DNA of 64,000 nucleotides from Malacoraja senta (taxonomy: Eukaryota), in assembly GCA_038087875.1 (NCBI GenBank), contig CM075989.1:22074001-22138000 (forward strand). Direction: 5' to 3'. Below the pieces are notes generated by a model. The model was not told the DNA's origin and did not search any database. It saw nothing but the letters and a program-made list of their open reading frames with translations. Of this stretch, positions 39,960 through 54,979 are shown piece after piece. Numbering within the stretch: the first letter of the stretch is position 1; each line of letters starts with the position of its first letter. The position numbers were made by a program, and so were the translations under genes.

Positions 39960-40173
39960 TAGACACAAAATGCTGGAGTAACTGAGCGGGACAGGTAGCA
40001 TCTCTGGAGAGGATTGGGTAATGTTTCGGGTCATTACCGTTCTTCTAAAGAAGGGTCTCAACCCGAAATGTCACCCTTTCCTTCTCTCCAGAGATGCTGT
40101 CGGTCCCGCTGAGTTACTCCAGCATTTTGCGTCTATCTTCGGTACAAACCAGCATCTGCCGCTCCTTCCTACA
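39960..40173. mobile_element. Palindromic Penelope-like terminus pair
   Basis: Inverted arms around about 40045; tail on the right arm only. Confidence 0.82.
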
Positions 40174-40279
40174 CAATCTCCCTTGGTAGCTTGACTCTTC
40201 CTCTGAGATAGAAGACCAACACGCATTTCACACTGTGGTCTAAAGTCAACATTGCCCATTGTCTCTTAATAAAAGATGA

Positions 40280-40535
40280 ACATTTCACCCAGAGAGTTGT
40301 GAGTTTGTAGAATTCTCTGCCTCAGAGGGCGGTGGAGGCCGGTTCTCTGGATACTTTCAAGAGAGAGTTAGATAGGGCTCTTAAAGATAGCGGAGTCAGG
40401 GGATATGGGGAGAAGGCAGGAACGAGGTACTGATTGGGGATGATCAGCCATGATCACATTGAATGGCGGTGCTGGCTCGAAGGGCCGAATGGCCTACTCC
40501 TGCACCTATTGTCTATTGTCTATTGTCTATTGTCT
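40280..40535 (+). mobile_element. CR1 3' end with (CTATTGT)n tail
   Basis: Degenerate ORF2 C-terminus, 3'UTR and tandem tail. Confidence 0.88.
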
Positions 40536-40944
40536 AACATGTGCTACCTGAAAATTTGACTTCATTTCAAATGAAAACAGAACCAAGAAAAACAGATTCA
40601 CACTAAATAAATTTGGTCATCTCTCGTGATAAAAAAGGCTACCGCCTCAAATGGGATTAGCAGGAATTTTAATGCTAGATTTACAGGCTACAATGCCTGA
40701 TCTTAATGACATATTTCAGATTGTTGCATGGTGTACGATTACGTCTAGTGCAAATTCAAAATAATTCACTTAATATTATCAGTAGGCTGTGCATTGAATA
40801 TCTTCGAATAATTTTGGTGAAGTTATAATATTTTATAAATAAGCAAAATGTGATCACTATTCATTATTTTTTGCTCTTTGTTGGACACACATCAGAATGT
40901 TGTAATTTCAAAATCTTTCTGCTCAAAATCTCTTTGAGTAAATG

Positions 40945-42600
40945 GGAAAACACACACCTCCAGATTCAGGGACAATTTCTTCCCAGCTGTTATCAAACAA
41001 CTGACCCATCCTCCCAACAACTAGAGAGCAGTCCTGAGCTACTATCTGCCTCATTGGAGACCCTCAGGCTATCTTTAATCGGTCTTCACTGGACTTTATC
41101 TTCCACTAAATGTTATTCCCTTTATCCTGCATTGGTACACATTTGGAAAGTGGTGAAATCATTGGACAAAGTCAGCATGGATTTACGAAAGGTAAATCGT
41201 GTCTGACGAATCTTATAGAATTTTTCGAGGATGTAACTAGTAGAGTGGATAGGGGAGAACCAGTGGATGTGTTGTATCTGGACTTTCAGAAGGCTTTCGA
41301 CAAGGTACCACATAAGAGATTAGGATACAAGCTTAAATCACACGGTATTGGGGGTTCAGTATTGATGTGGATAGAGAACTGGCTGGCAAACAGGAAGCAA
41401 AGAGTAGGAGTAAACGGGTCCTTTTCACAATGGCAGGCAGTGACTAGTGGGGTACCGCAAGGCTCAGTGCTGGGACCCCAGCTATTTACAATTTATATTA
41501 ATGATCTGGACAAGGGAATTGAAAGCAACATCTCCAAGTTTGCGGATGACACTAAGCTGGGGGGCAGTGTTAGCTGTGAGGAGGATGCTAGGAGACTGCA
41601 AGGTGACTTGGATAGGCTGGGGGAGTGGGCAAATGTTTGGCAGATGCAGTATAATGTGGATAAATGTGAGGTTATCCACTTTGGTGGCAAAAACGGGAAG
41701 GCAGACTATTATCTAAATGGTGGCCGATTAGGAAATGGGGAGGTGCAGCGAGACCTGGGTGTCATGGTACACCAGTCATTGAAAGTAGGCATGCAGGTGC
41801 AGCAGGCAGTGAAGAAAGCGAATGGTATGTTGGCCTTCATAGCAAGAGGATTTGAGTATAGGAGCAGGGAGGTTCTACTGCAGTTGTACAGGGTCTTGGT
41901 GAGACCACACCTGGAGTATTGCGTACAGTTTTGGTCTCCAAATCTGAGGAAGGACATTATAGCCATAGAGGGAGTGCAGAGAAGGTTCACCAGACTGATT
42001 CCTGGGATGTCAGGACTTTCATATGAAGAAAGACTGGATAGACTTGGCTTATACTCGCTAGAATTTAGGAGATTGAGAGGGGATCTTATAGAAACGTACA
42101 AAATTCTTATGGGGTTGGACAGGCTAGATGCAGGAAGATTGTTCCCGATGTTGGGGAAGTCCAGGACAAGGGGTCACAGCTTAAGGATAAGGGGGAAATC
42201 CTTTAAGACCGAGATGAGGAAAAACTTTTTCACACAGAGAGTGGTGAATCTCTGGAACTCTCTGCCACAGAGGGTAGTTGACGCCAGTTCATTGGCTATA
42301 TTTAAGAGGGAGTTAGATGTGGCCCTTGTGGCTAAAGGGATCAGGGGGTATGGAGAGAAGGCAGGTACGGGATACTGAGTTCGATGATCAGCCATGATCA
42401 TATTGAATGGCGGTGCAGGCTCGAAGGGCCGAATGGCCTACTCCTGCACCTATTTTCTATGTATCTATGTATGTATCTATGTACACTGTGGATGGCTCCT
42501 TTTTAATCATGTATAGTCTTTCCGCTGACTGATTAGCACACAACACAAGCTTTTCACTGTACTTCGGTACACGTGACAATAAACTAAACTAAACTAAATA
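40945..42600 (+). mobile_element. Rex1/Babar-type 3' fragment split by the CR1 insertion
   Basis: 40945-41140 and 42481-42600 rejoin to match the uninterrupted copies at about 23940 and 44845. Confidence 0.75.
41141..42480 (+). mobile_element. Young 5'-truncated CR1 LINE with open reverse transcriptase frame to 42378
   Basis: QHGFTKGKSCLTNL, YLDFQKAFDKVPH, GVPQGSVLGP, KFADDTKL and FFTQRVVNLWNSLP with no stops over about 410 codons; 3'UTR and short tandem tail. Confidence 0.95.
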
Positions 42601-42603
42601 ATA

Positions 42604-42831
42604 TGTTTAAGAAAGAACTGCAGATGCTGGAAAAATCGTAGGTAGACAAAAAATGCTGGAGAAACTCAGCGGGTGAGGCAGCATCTATGGTGAGAAGAAA
42701 TAGGCGACGTTTCAGGTCAAGGCCCTTCTTCAGACAGTCTTAAGAAGGGCCTCGACCCGAAACATTGCCTATTCCTTATCTCAACAGATGCTGGATCACC
42801 CGCTGAGTTTCTCCAGCATTTTTTGTCTACC
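42604..42831. mobile_element. Palindromic Penelope-like insertion with 15-bp TSD
   Basis: ctaaactaaataata at 42589-42603 and 42832-42846. Confidence 0.85.
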
Positions 42832-44844
42832 CTAAACTAAATAATAGATCAGTTTTCCAGTCTTATTGAACATATTCCAGTCTTATCCTGTTGGAATCTA
42901 TGGCTGTAAAATTTAATCTGTTACTTTATTTGAATTTTTTTCCTATCATTTAATTCCATTGTTTCCTACTTAATGCACCTAACTTTGGTTGTGAGTGAGA
43001 CATGATGTGGGCTGTGGCTACTCCCATGATTGTTTCATCGTTGCATGGATCAGAGATTGGAAATTACATAGCTTGAGACGATGACAAAATCCTTCTCCTC
43101 TTTCCAATGTTACAGCTTCCTTTCGAAATTACTTCCATATATTTATGTATGTCGAGTCGATTTGGGATTAACATGTTATCTGTAATAAACAAGTTGATAC
43201 CTGGCAAACGTTCATGCAATCGCTCCATATCATTTTCGGTATTAACTATAATCTCTCAATTGGCATGGAATAATACAAGTTAACAATTAATTTATTTACA
43301 GCAGCCAATAATTGAAGCTTGCCACATCTATCTTGAGATTTGGAGGTGCTGGAAGCTTCTTGACCTCCACCCTACTTGCTCAAACCTTCTTTCTCTCTCT
43401 GGAAGACAAGATGCACACTCTCACCTCAACTCCACTGTAACAGCTCTCCAGAGAGACCAACTTTCTTTCTCCTGTTCCTGACTGTCAGGACTGATTATCT
43501 TATTACACCATCTATCGGAGTAAATGGTTCCCTCCTGAGTCTTGCTGCCAGCACTGACCAGAGACAGTACCTCACCTAACTCCATGAAGCTACCTTAGTT
43601 GACTCTCTGGAGGGAATAAGCTTTCTTTCTCCTCATTAGCTCTGCTAAGCACTCTACCTAGTGGAAGTGATGTTTCCCCATTGTGAGCGGTGATTGACAA
43701 AAAAAAAAATGCTACTCTAGGTAACTCCCTTGAAGGGACAATTATTCCCCTCCTCATTAACCCTCTCCCACCTAGTGTTTCTTCATGCGATTACTGTCCC
43801 CGAATCTTCAAACGATGCGCTCAGAAGTACTGAGCAAATCAGTATTCCCAAAATGTCACGTTTTATGCACCCCACAGACATATTCTAATGATGAAATTGC
43901 CACATAATTGATTATAAATATTACAAGGCTAGAGCAACATGATGGCTTCTAGTCCTGCTTTGAAAAAATTATGAGATGGCCAATTTCACCCAGCCTAAGT
44001 GAGATGAGGTTAACCCATAGACGACAATATCTAGACAGAAATAATTAGCTGGCTTCAACTTTGGCACTGACTTAAGCCGATAATATTTGCTGCAGTACTA
44101 ATATTCTTCTATGTACCACATTACAAGTCTATGTTAGGATTTCAACTTTTGATGGATAATGTATAGTTAATTTTAATTAAAGTGGATGAAATAAGGCTTG
44201 GATGCTGCACCGAGGCTCAATCACACGAATACCAAAACCCTGACCCTGCATCGTTGTGCCATCCTCTGTGTTAAATCATTCAGCTTAAATCCGTTATAAT
44301 ACCTCTCTCCAACTCACCACAGGTTTCTGACTCGTCAAAAAGAAACCAATTCAGGATACTAGTAAAGGAGCATATTGTAACAATGCAATGAAGACAGGTT
44401 TTACAGTCTGTTTCAGTTGCTTAAATCCCATTTAATTAAAGATTAAGTGCCCACGTTTGATTTTTCGCCAAGTTGTGCTCTTCCTCACTGCCTCTCAGTT
44501 GGGGCACAGTGGCGTGCGTTCCAAGTGGCAACTCTTCACGTGCGAGCCCTGACATTGATTGGCATGCTATTTTGCCAAGAGGGCACCACAGCCGAGGACA
44601 CTCGTTTCCTCATTTTAAAAGCTGCATGTCGCTAATTAGCTGAGACTTACTTTGCATGCAACGTGCTGGAAAAAAAAATTAAAGTTCTAGCCACCGCATT
44701 GTCACCCAGGTGAAGTTTCATTTGTTTCACCCGTCAGTTACCGGAAAGGTCGCAGGGTAGCAGCCAACTGCAGAAACCTTGGCCAATTTGTACCTTCTGC
44801 AATCCAGGGGCACTGAAGAAATGGAATCCACCTGCTGCTGACAT

Positions 44845-45120
44845 TCAGATTCAGGGACTGTTTCTTCCCAGCTATTATCAACCAACTGAACCATTCTATC
44901 ACCAACTGCAGAGGTCCTCAGCTACCATCTACCTCTTTGGAGACCCTTGGACTATCTTGAATTGGAAATATATCTTGCATTAAACGTGATTCCCTCTATC
45001 CTGTATCTGTCGCCCGTGGGTGGCTTGTTTGTAATCATGTGTAGTCTTTCCGCTGACTAGATAACGCGCAACAAAAAGGCTTTTCACTGTACCTCGGTAC
45101 ACATGACAATAAACTAAGTT
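44845..45120 (+). mobile_element. Rex1/Babar-type LINE 3' fragment
   Basis: cagattcagggactgtttcttcccagct...cactgtacctcggtacacatgacaataaac. Confidence 0.75.
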
Positions 45121-45766
45121 AACTATTCTAACGAATTATCTCAGATTACACCAGCCATTGAATTTAATACAGTTAAATTCAATGGATAAACCAAACACCA
45201 AGTTACAAACTTTAAAATAATACCAGTATCGATGTGGAGATATGATCTAGGATTATTAGCTGAGAGAAATTCACGCCAAATATTAAAGTATTCTGACCAA
45301 CTAGTTTTTTCTTTTATATGGAGCCACCAATGTCAATACTCAAATAAATTTGCCATTTATTGCCCATTTAATCAGATCTAGTTATCAAAGTGATAATTCA
45401 GATTTAATATTACACCATTTTAATCTATGAATTCCTATTATACGTTGGTACAAAATTCCTTTGTCTCCATTGTGTTAAGGGAGTATACCACTTGTTTAAT
45501 TTTAATAGATTAACACTTGTGTGAAGTAGCAACAAGCCAAATTCCATACAATGATAATAAATGTTCAAATATAACTATCACACAGACTAATTTTGGGGAC
45601 TGAGTTTGTTTTGCTGCATTCTAAACATGTGCAAATTCCCAAACTAAAACATTACCGATCCAATCACAGATGCTGCCTGATCTACTGAGTTACTCCGGCA
45701 CTTAGTGTTTTGTGCAAGGTTCCAGCACCTGCAGTTCCTCGTGTTGAAAATACCTGCAGTGTTTTT

Positions 45767-46125
45767 AGTTTAGTTTAGTTTAGTTTAGCGATACAGCGCG
45801 GAAACAGGCCCTTCAACCCACCGCGTACGTACTGACCAGCGATCCCCGCACATTAACTCTATCCTACACACACTAGGGACAATTTACAATTTTACAGAAG
45901 CCAATTAACCTACATACCTTAGGTACACAAAAATGCTGGAGAAACTCAGCGGGTGCAGCAGCACCCGCTGAGTTTCTCCAGCATTTTTGTGTACCTTCGA
46001 TTTTCCAGCATCTGCAGTTCCTTCTTTAACAACCTACATACCTTGGAGTGTGGGAGGAAACTGGAGCTCCTGGGGAGAACCTACTCAGGTCACAGGGAGA
46101 AGGTACAAATGCTATATAGACAACA
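45767..46125 (-). mobile_element. HE1-type SINE interrupted by a Penelope-like palindrome
   Basis: SINE sequence resumes after the insert at 45921-46030. Confidence 0.85.
45921..46030. mobile_element. Short palindromic Penelope-like insertion with 14-bp TSD
   Basis: aacctacatacctt at 45907-45920 and 46031-46044. Confidence 0.85.
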
Positions 46126-46294
46126 GTCTTTATAAAATAATATTCCCTACCTATCTTTAATTTTTAGTACACATTTTCTTTAATTATCTGGTATTTAATA
46201 AAAGAAAGAGGACTTTAAAATACCAGGCTAAAGCATTCTAAACACATTGTTGTCACAAAGCATTTCCAAGAAGGAACAACATTCCAATACCCAC

Positions 46295-46442
46295 AAGGAC
46301 ACAAAGTGCTGGAAAAATTCAACGGACCATACAGCATCAACATGGACTTATCCATGTTCTCCAGAGATGCTGCCTGACCCGCTGAGTTACTCCAGCAATT
46401 TATGTCCTTTTGTGTAATCCAGCATCTGCAGTTCCTTGTTTC
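46295..46442. mobile_element. Penelope-like inverted terminus pair, degenerate
   Basis: Recurrent terminal motif in both orientations. Confidence 0.7.
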
Positions 46443-46477
46443 TGCATTCAAATACTCAACTTGGGCATTCAAGCTTT

Positions 46478-46806
46478 AATTTAGTTTAGTTTAATTTAGT
46501 TTAGTTTAGTTCAGTTTAAAGATACAGCACGGAAACAGGCCCTTCGGTCCACCGAGTCTACGCCGACCAGCGATCTCCGCACACTAAGACTAACCTACAC
46601 ACAATAGGGACAATTTACACATACACCAATTAACCTACCAACCTGTACATCCTTGGTGTGTGGGAGGAAACCGAAGATGTCGGAGAAAACCCACGCGGTC
46701 ACGGGGAGAACGTACAAACTCCGTACAGACAGCACCCGTAGTTGGGATCGAACCCAGGTCTCCGGCGCTGGGCAGCAACTCTACCGCTGCGCCACTGTGC
46801 CGCCCT
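46478..46806 (-). mobile_element. Full-length HE1-type SINE
   Basis: A and B boxes, core and tail. Confidence 0.9.
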
Positions 46807-49800
46807 ACAATGCAGTTCTTTCATCTACTGCGTTTTGGAATACTATCAATTAGTTGTTATTTGAACAAGTGGTGGGTTTAATTATTGAACATTTTTGGAA
46901 AAAGATTTATTTTTGCTGAACCACAATTTATTTTGATGCACCATAAAATGTGCTGTTTTCCTTAAAGTCCCAAGTGAGTTTGAAAAGAAAATTCCATTTG
47001 CATAGCTAGCAGTCAGCATGTACTCCACCCTAGTAGCAGTGTGCAACCAGCACTTTGGGTAAATAATCTGTGTGTGTAGTTACTTCACAGTAACAAGAAA
47101 AGGAGGAAGAGGCAGAAAATACATTTACAAATTCACCTTGGCAGTATTTCACACTATCAATAGGCTGGCTGTTGCAGTTTTAATTTGCTCTTTGTACTGA
47201 AGGGGCTTAGGTTAGTTAATTTCAATTTTTGATTTCAAAAGCTATCAAATACTGCTCATATGAGAAATCAATTTTCTCAGTTGCCCTGTTTTTGACAGCA
47301 GGGATTTGCCATTGGTTACGAGGTGGTCACGTGCCAGCACTGAAGATTAGTTCAGTAGGTCTCTATCACTAGCACCTCAATTACTCGCTGCCTCTTGTAA
47401 TTTAGCTTTATAACACCTAATTCAGAGACGAGACTCATATATAATTCATGAAAGCTTCCACAAGAGTAATTGTGAAATAAATTGCCACAGAAAAATATCC
47501 ATTTGTGACTAAAATATATATTTAGAGCGTCGGCAGCCTTTTTTTTGCTTCACTGCTGTGGTATTTCCATGTGTCGTAACAAATAAAAGAATTTCGGGTG
47601 GCAATGTTTGGCTGACCATCATTACCCTTACTGAATAGGCACCACTCTCTTATAACGCTCATTACGGATTACAATTTAATTTTATTTCTCTGAAGTTAAG
47701 CAAGAGAAAACACTTTGTTTTTTTTTCTTCTACCCATTTGTCTGTTGATTCCATCCTGTGCGTTGTTATGGCAACAAGGTAGGTGAGGCCTACTCAACTG
47801 ACATCCTCAGCTGTCAACTCACCTAAAAGCTTTGTAATTGCTCCCATTTGCATATGACAATTAGCCAAGATAGCTCACAGCAAGAGATTGAACCTTTCTT
47901 GTTCAAAGTATATAAAAACGCATGACTATTATTTTGAAAGATATGTTCCATGTGGCTATGCACTCAGACATTGCAATGGGCCTTTTCATCTTATTCTCAA
48001 GATAAACAAAAGGAATAAAAAAGCTTCACTCTCGACGTAAGGAATGCCCATCAGCTACAGAGTGAAAAAAACACAAAGTCTTCACATTTTGTTCTTCTCA
48101 CGCGGAGAGAAAGAAAATATAACCCTGGATTTTTTTTTTTTGATTTGCAGGCAGTGGTGGAGGGGAGGGATAGTCATGAAAGGCTCTTGAACTAGTCAGA
48201 TAGTGACAATGTTTTTGGGAGGGGGAAAAAAAAAGTGTCGTTGGCCTTCTAACTCTTATATGAGAGCAGGAGGAATAGATCTGTCATTCAGGAGTGCGAG
48301 GTCCTCCACAGAGTGTTGAATCTTTTCATTTTGAAGAATCAGCTCAGAATCCTCATGAAAGCAGAAGCCATGTTACTGCACTTTCTCTCGCCCTCCAAGT
48401 CTGGAAGTTTAATGGAACTCCGGCTGCTTCATAAAAGCCGGGGCTCACAAAAGTATTCCAGACAGTTTCTGCGGAGGAAAAAAAATTGTGTTTTTTATTG
48501 TGCTCACTATTTAGACCGAAAAAAGGGGGCTTTAGAATTGTAGACGGACGCTGGAAAGATAAGGTATCCACACACACGCCGACGCCGCTGCTAAATTAGC
48601 CCGTGCTTCCCTCAGTGAAAGTATATTGCTTATATTTCCTTCAGTAAATATCCATACACATATTGCAATTTGCACCTATACAGCTGCATCTGCAATCTGT
48701 GACTTTCATCCATGAGGGAAATAAATATTGCTTGCAATGTAGGAAACGAGATTGCAAGCTGTCTGAATTCTATTAATACCATTTGGAGAAGAAGTGTGAT
48801 TATTTGATTTACTGGGCAAGTTGGTGGTGGTGGTGGGAAAGGGGGGCCAGGGGGTGTGGGGAGGGTGGGTGGGGGGGGGGGGGTGTTCATGTGTGTAGTA
48901 AATATATTAAAGGAGAAATCTTTGGCATTGTAAATTTTTTTTTAAAAATCTTACAATCTAGCAATTCCATTCCATTTATTGGGTCAAATGGAGCACAGAC
49001 ATTAACAGGGCCTGCTGTGTGCTGCATTATTGCCTGATGGTATCCACAGGCCAGTATACCTCCTAGTAATCATGCAGGAAAAATGTATAATGTGATATTA
49101 TGGACCAATGCACATATGTTTGCCCCATAGCATTAAGGATGCATGCAGGCGGCCTTGTGGAAGACAGACCATTTCAAGTCCTGTGCTTGCCTGTATGTGG
49201 AACTATAAGTGCCAATTTGCTTTCATGAGTCCAAAGTGAAATAGCAGTAAACAAGACATCCTTTTGATGCAAACCTCAAGTCGCCAAACCTATGCACACC
49301 TTATTTCTGACTGGGCTCGGTGGTTCAGTGCATGGCTCAGCCTTAAGTGAAGCCTAAGGGCTCTTTAGAAATGGAGAAACCTCTGGTTGATAATCTCGAA
49401 AAGGAGCCAAGCTTGACTTTCACTTGCCCATTAATTTCTACCTGTGGTTCAGTTCAGGCGCAAAGTTAAGTGGTTTTAGGCACAGATTCAACCAAAGTAA
49501 ATTGGGGAATCAGGAACTATTATCACCTCAAGTATTTGTGCATCAATAAACATAACTCTTTTTTTTTTAAACGCAGCACAGGTATCAATGGGAAATGGGC
49601 CATATTGTGGGCTGTCTTGTTGTTTCGTGGATCCAGGAGTGTGTATAAGCTGTATCCCCCCCCCCCCCTCCTCCCCCTCCCCCCCCTCCTCCCCTCTCCC
49701 AACAATCTTCCAGAGAAAGAAGTGTGTAATTTGTACAGATAGCACTAATGTTAACAAAAGCAGTTAACTGTGGCATTCACCAGAACATTACATTTATAGC

Positions 49801-50737
49801 ACCTATTCCTCAAAAATAATGCTATCGTATGCTGTAAATTATTTAGTTCTAATTTTGATGATTCAAATAATTAACTCTTTATTTTCTCGTCCTGCAATCC
49901 ATGCTATGACCTGAATATATCGTGCTACTGAGGAAGAGAGAGGAGATTTGATGGGTGTTCACCTTAGTTTTGTCTTTATTATTACCATTCACCATTGGAT
50001 TGGATAATAACATGCAGAATTAAGTTTGAATGCACCTCATCTTAGTTTGGGCTATATTTATGAATAGATAAAGATATTAAGTACTTGTATCATATAGGTC
50101 CATAATGAAATCGGAGAACAGTGGAAAATATTCCTCCTAGCCATGTAAGGGTTTTTTTTTCTTCCCTTCTGCAAATTTTAAATGCGGTGCCAGGCTCGGG
50201 TGAGACTGAAGACTTGGCACATCTTTCACTGCAATTTGCAATCTGCAGCGTATGTTAACTGAGACCCTTTCCTTCAGCTTGTTTGCGAGAGCCAATAGGG
50301 GGCATCCTTCATCTGTCATAGAGAAAAAATAGCTGAATTCTAATTAGCATTCTATTTGTCATCGGTGAGGATCTTGTTGTTAGATTCTGGGTTTCATTGT
50401 TTCGGTTCGATTACCAGATTTTTTTTTCTCTTATCCGTGGCATGAGGGAGACGGTGCCTCATTTTGTGACCAAAAGGCTTAGGCTGAGGGAATGCTGGTG
50501 GAATGCGAGTGCTGTGTTCAATGATGCCAACATATAATGGCTGTGCTCATCTTGGCACAGCCGGCGAGTGTTGGCAGAGATTCGATGCTCCTTGTGACTG
50601 AATAGATCGCCACTGTAAAATGCAGGCATGCTTCACATACTTAAACCGGGGTTTGGACTCTGCCCAGAAAGCATCGCGCTGTGAGACGACAAGGAGGCCA
50701 CAGAAACGGACCTCTTCCTTTGCTATTAATGCTCCCA

Positions 50738-50907
50738 TTAGACACAAAACTGAGTGTAATTGTAGACCGCAAAATTTGCTAATATTTCAGATAAATTCTC
50801 CATCATTTGGAGAGTGTAAAATACATGTTAGACACAAAAATGAGTGTAATTGCAGACTGCAAAATTGCTAATATTTCAGATAAATTTCGAGAATGAAAAA
50901 TACATTG
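50738..50907. repeat. Tandem duplication with a period of about 90 bp
   Basis: ttagacacaaaa(c/a)tgagtgtaattg...gctaatatttcagataaatt at 50738 and 50828. Confidence 0.9.
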
Positions 50908-53217
50908 TTTTGAAAACATCAAAAATTATTAGGCCATGCTCCAACACCATAAAAGATGAAATTATATTTAAAATTATGAGATTACTTTACAGCAAGAGAA
51001 TTCAATGGACCGTTGCATACTTAAAACAATATTTTTGCTTTATGTTATTAAATCTGCGTGCTGCGTTTATTTTGTGCTTCCATGTTATACTTTAAGGTTT
51101 CTGCATTCCTTGTTACGGTCACAATTGATTAATATTCAGAATGCCTATCCGAGTAACTATCGCACCTATAATGACAGCAGCATGCAAACAATATGTTGAA
51201 ACTGTAAATATAATGCATCATTAAAAATCAAACATATCTGATAATTACAGAGCTTCAATTATAATTTCAAAATGCTGATGCTTTTGAATGTGAAAACGGT
51301 ATTATATTCAAGTAGGTGCGATTTTTGTCTTCCTTTATGATCTGATGGTTAGATGTTACCTGTTATTCTAGATAGTTTGATTTCAAAAGCTTAAATTTGA
51401 TTTTACATTTCACATTTAAAAATCAATAAAACTTTTGTGCCAGTTGTTTAAAAGTTGTACAAATGCCACGACTAGATGTGCCTTTCCCTATACATATATG
51501 GCATACAGAAGAAGTGAGCATTTCAATGTAAGTGCGGGAAAAAAAAAGGCTACATGATTTATTAACTGTCTCAACAGTTGAGTCCTGATGTGAAATTTAC
51601 TGGGAATTTATCTCGTCCGAACAATGTTTGCGTTTTTGTTGGCATGATGGATTTGAGGAAATTCATAAACTGTTGGCAGCAATGGGTATTGTCTGGATGC
51701 GCTATTTAGTGCCTGATGTCAATTAAAGCTTCAGGCCGACACACTCACAAACAGGTTTTACCTCTCTGTCACATTCAGCAAGAAAAGAGAGTGGGAAGAA
51801 AGAAGTCTAAAACTATTTCCTCCTTGACTTGAAACTCACCGCTTTAATGAATGTTTCATACAATGTTGTGGTCCTCAAAGGGTAAGGACAAGAACTGCCC
51901 TCTCATAAACTAAAACTATGTGGTACCCAAAGGTGAGAATACCAAGTAGGTTGAATATATTTCAGAGATAAACGTTTTGCATAATGCATGCATACTTTGC
52001 AAGATAATTCCATATTTTGATGTCATTTGAGAATCCCATTTCCAATTCGTGAGGGGCACCAGATGGCATTGAAATGGAATGACCTGCGAGATAGCAATGG
52101 CCACCAGCGAGACTCCACTAATCCACAGTCCTCGGTCTCGGTGAACTTGCCCCAGTTTTACTGTCACCTCCTCATTCTGTCCCTTGTCAGTGACTCCCCA
52201 GAGTTGTGTCGAGCATCCCTGGTGTTCCTTTCTCACCTTCTGAAAAAAACCCATGCAAAATGAAAGAAGGGAAAGAAAAAAAAACAATTACCATAAGAGA
52301 ATATCTGCCTTTATTAAACTGCTTTCCATGTTATTGATTTTGTTTGAGGCCAAGCAAAAATAATTAGACCCTGAGCTGGAGGAGAATCACAAATTCACCC
52401 ATTTCCCAAAAGTTATTATACAATAGCCTTTTTAATTACAGTTGCTGTTTTATCAATAATTAGCATAATGTAAACAGGTCAGGTTGTGGTAATTTTAAAA
52501 TATTCCATATATTGCATTTGCAAATTCTGCGGTTTATTCTGACGTCTGATGTCACACTAAAATCTCCTGTGTGTTTTAACACTGTTTCACGAGTTATAAC
52601 TTTACTTGCTGACCCAAAGGAAAGCAAATGACCACTGTGGTAATATTCTGTTCAAATAATCGGGAAGTCTTTAACTCTGCACATGCTAAGAACTATTACC
52701 TTGGTTACTTCATCTTCACCTGCATCATTATGTCCATTGACATATTGACATGTTGTACTTTTAAAGTGAATTATGTTAATAATTTTGTATTTTTAAAAAG
52801 ATTGAAAAGTAAACATACTTTGTGATCACATGTGTAATTCTGTACCACATGAATACCAGCTAGTGTTTCAGTAAGAAGTAGTTTCTGCACAATGTTCTCA
52901 ACAAATGATAACACTTGATGGGTTATCATGTATGGAAATGAATATGATCTTTCATTGTAGTAGTATTGTTTTGTGCATGACTGGCGGTTTATTCCCATAA
53001 GTGTCGCTCGGCCCTTTGCCTCAGTGGTGAGATTTTAGTTTTGTTTTAACGCACATTCACCTGCTCACCACCATTGCCATTCTCAGGGTTTCTCCAATGT
53101 CCATTGTACTCCAAGCCCTGTAAAAAAGCTTTTAAAAGACACAAAATAACTCATTTTTCTGCTACTGAAAAGTGCAAATCCACATATTACTATATAAACT
53201 ACTGTGTGCAACTTTGC

Positions 53218-53808
<591 letters not shown>

Positions 53809-54979
53809 ACTCTATTATCAAGGGTGAGTAAATCTATTATCACTCTCTCTCCTGGCTATAATCAGATGGTCCACAACTGAACCACCATCTTTTGCCCTGT
53901 CCGTCTTTACAAATAATTGATCCATTTAGGTCAAAATTAAAATGGGAAGTGCGTTATTTTAAAAACAGATTAATAAATTATTATTAGAGGCAGTTATGAC
54001 ATTTTGTTTTTTTCCCCCTTTCATTGAGTTGCTATTATTGGAATATGATATTTTTAAGTTTTTAAGAATTATTCTGCATTATGCACACCTCACTGAAATT
54101 AATAGCTAACAATGAATGCCATTTGAAAATACATCAAATATTATTTTCAGCATCTTGATATTCCACAAATTATTTATAAAAAGCCGCTAACCTTTGGAAA
54201 GAAATTGCTCAAATACATTGTCCTTCCATATCAATTTGGAATTAAAATAAAAGGTTTCTTTTTTTTTTATTAACGCCAGGCCCGACGCTATTATTTTTTG
54301 GCCAAATGATGTTTGCTTCATGCTATCAATTGTTTGAGTTGTGAGCCTTCACAACTGAGGGAGGGACAATGTAGAAAAAACTAATTAGGACCTATTCAAA
54401 AGGCTTGTGGACCAATATCCTTCATCTCTGTGCCATTTTGTTACAATGCGGGGATAGAGAATTATACGGGGAAGGAGAAACCACAGGGCATTAACCCCTG
54501 ATGGTGAAGTGGCCATCTGGGGAGATATATTTTATTTATTTGTATTTGTTAAAGGCAAATTACAGAGCCAGACTCTCGCAGAGTAATTCCCATTTCTCTG
54601 GTGCTGGTGCTGATACCAATGGTGGCCTCATCATTGCCACCTCATTTAAATATTAATGCGTTCCCCACTTGCAGGTCTTTCCAATTTGGTGCAATGGTGC
54701 TGAAAATAGCAAGTGTGTGAGGAGAGGCAAGGTGTGTGCCATGCTTATCCAGCATCAGTTTGTACATGTCTTTGAAGTGCCATACAACAGCGACAAAGCA
54801 TCCTAAAGTTATTAATATATATATTTGTCAAGGCGTTGAACATAAGGTATTAAAATAGTCCGAAGATAGCCATTAAATGCTGGAGTAACTCAGCGGGTCA
54901 GGCAGCATCTCTGGAGAAGGTGAAGTTTTGGTTAGGGACCCTTCTTCAGAATCCAAATATTCCTGTCCTTTTGTCTTGA

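Noticed and set aside
41110..42378. 422-aa ORF as a host gene or novel RT system
   Set aside because: It is a 5'-truncated CR1 ORF2; the start comes from flanking repeat sequence, there is no endonuclease domain, and it has a standard CR1 tail.
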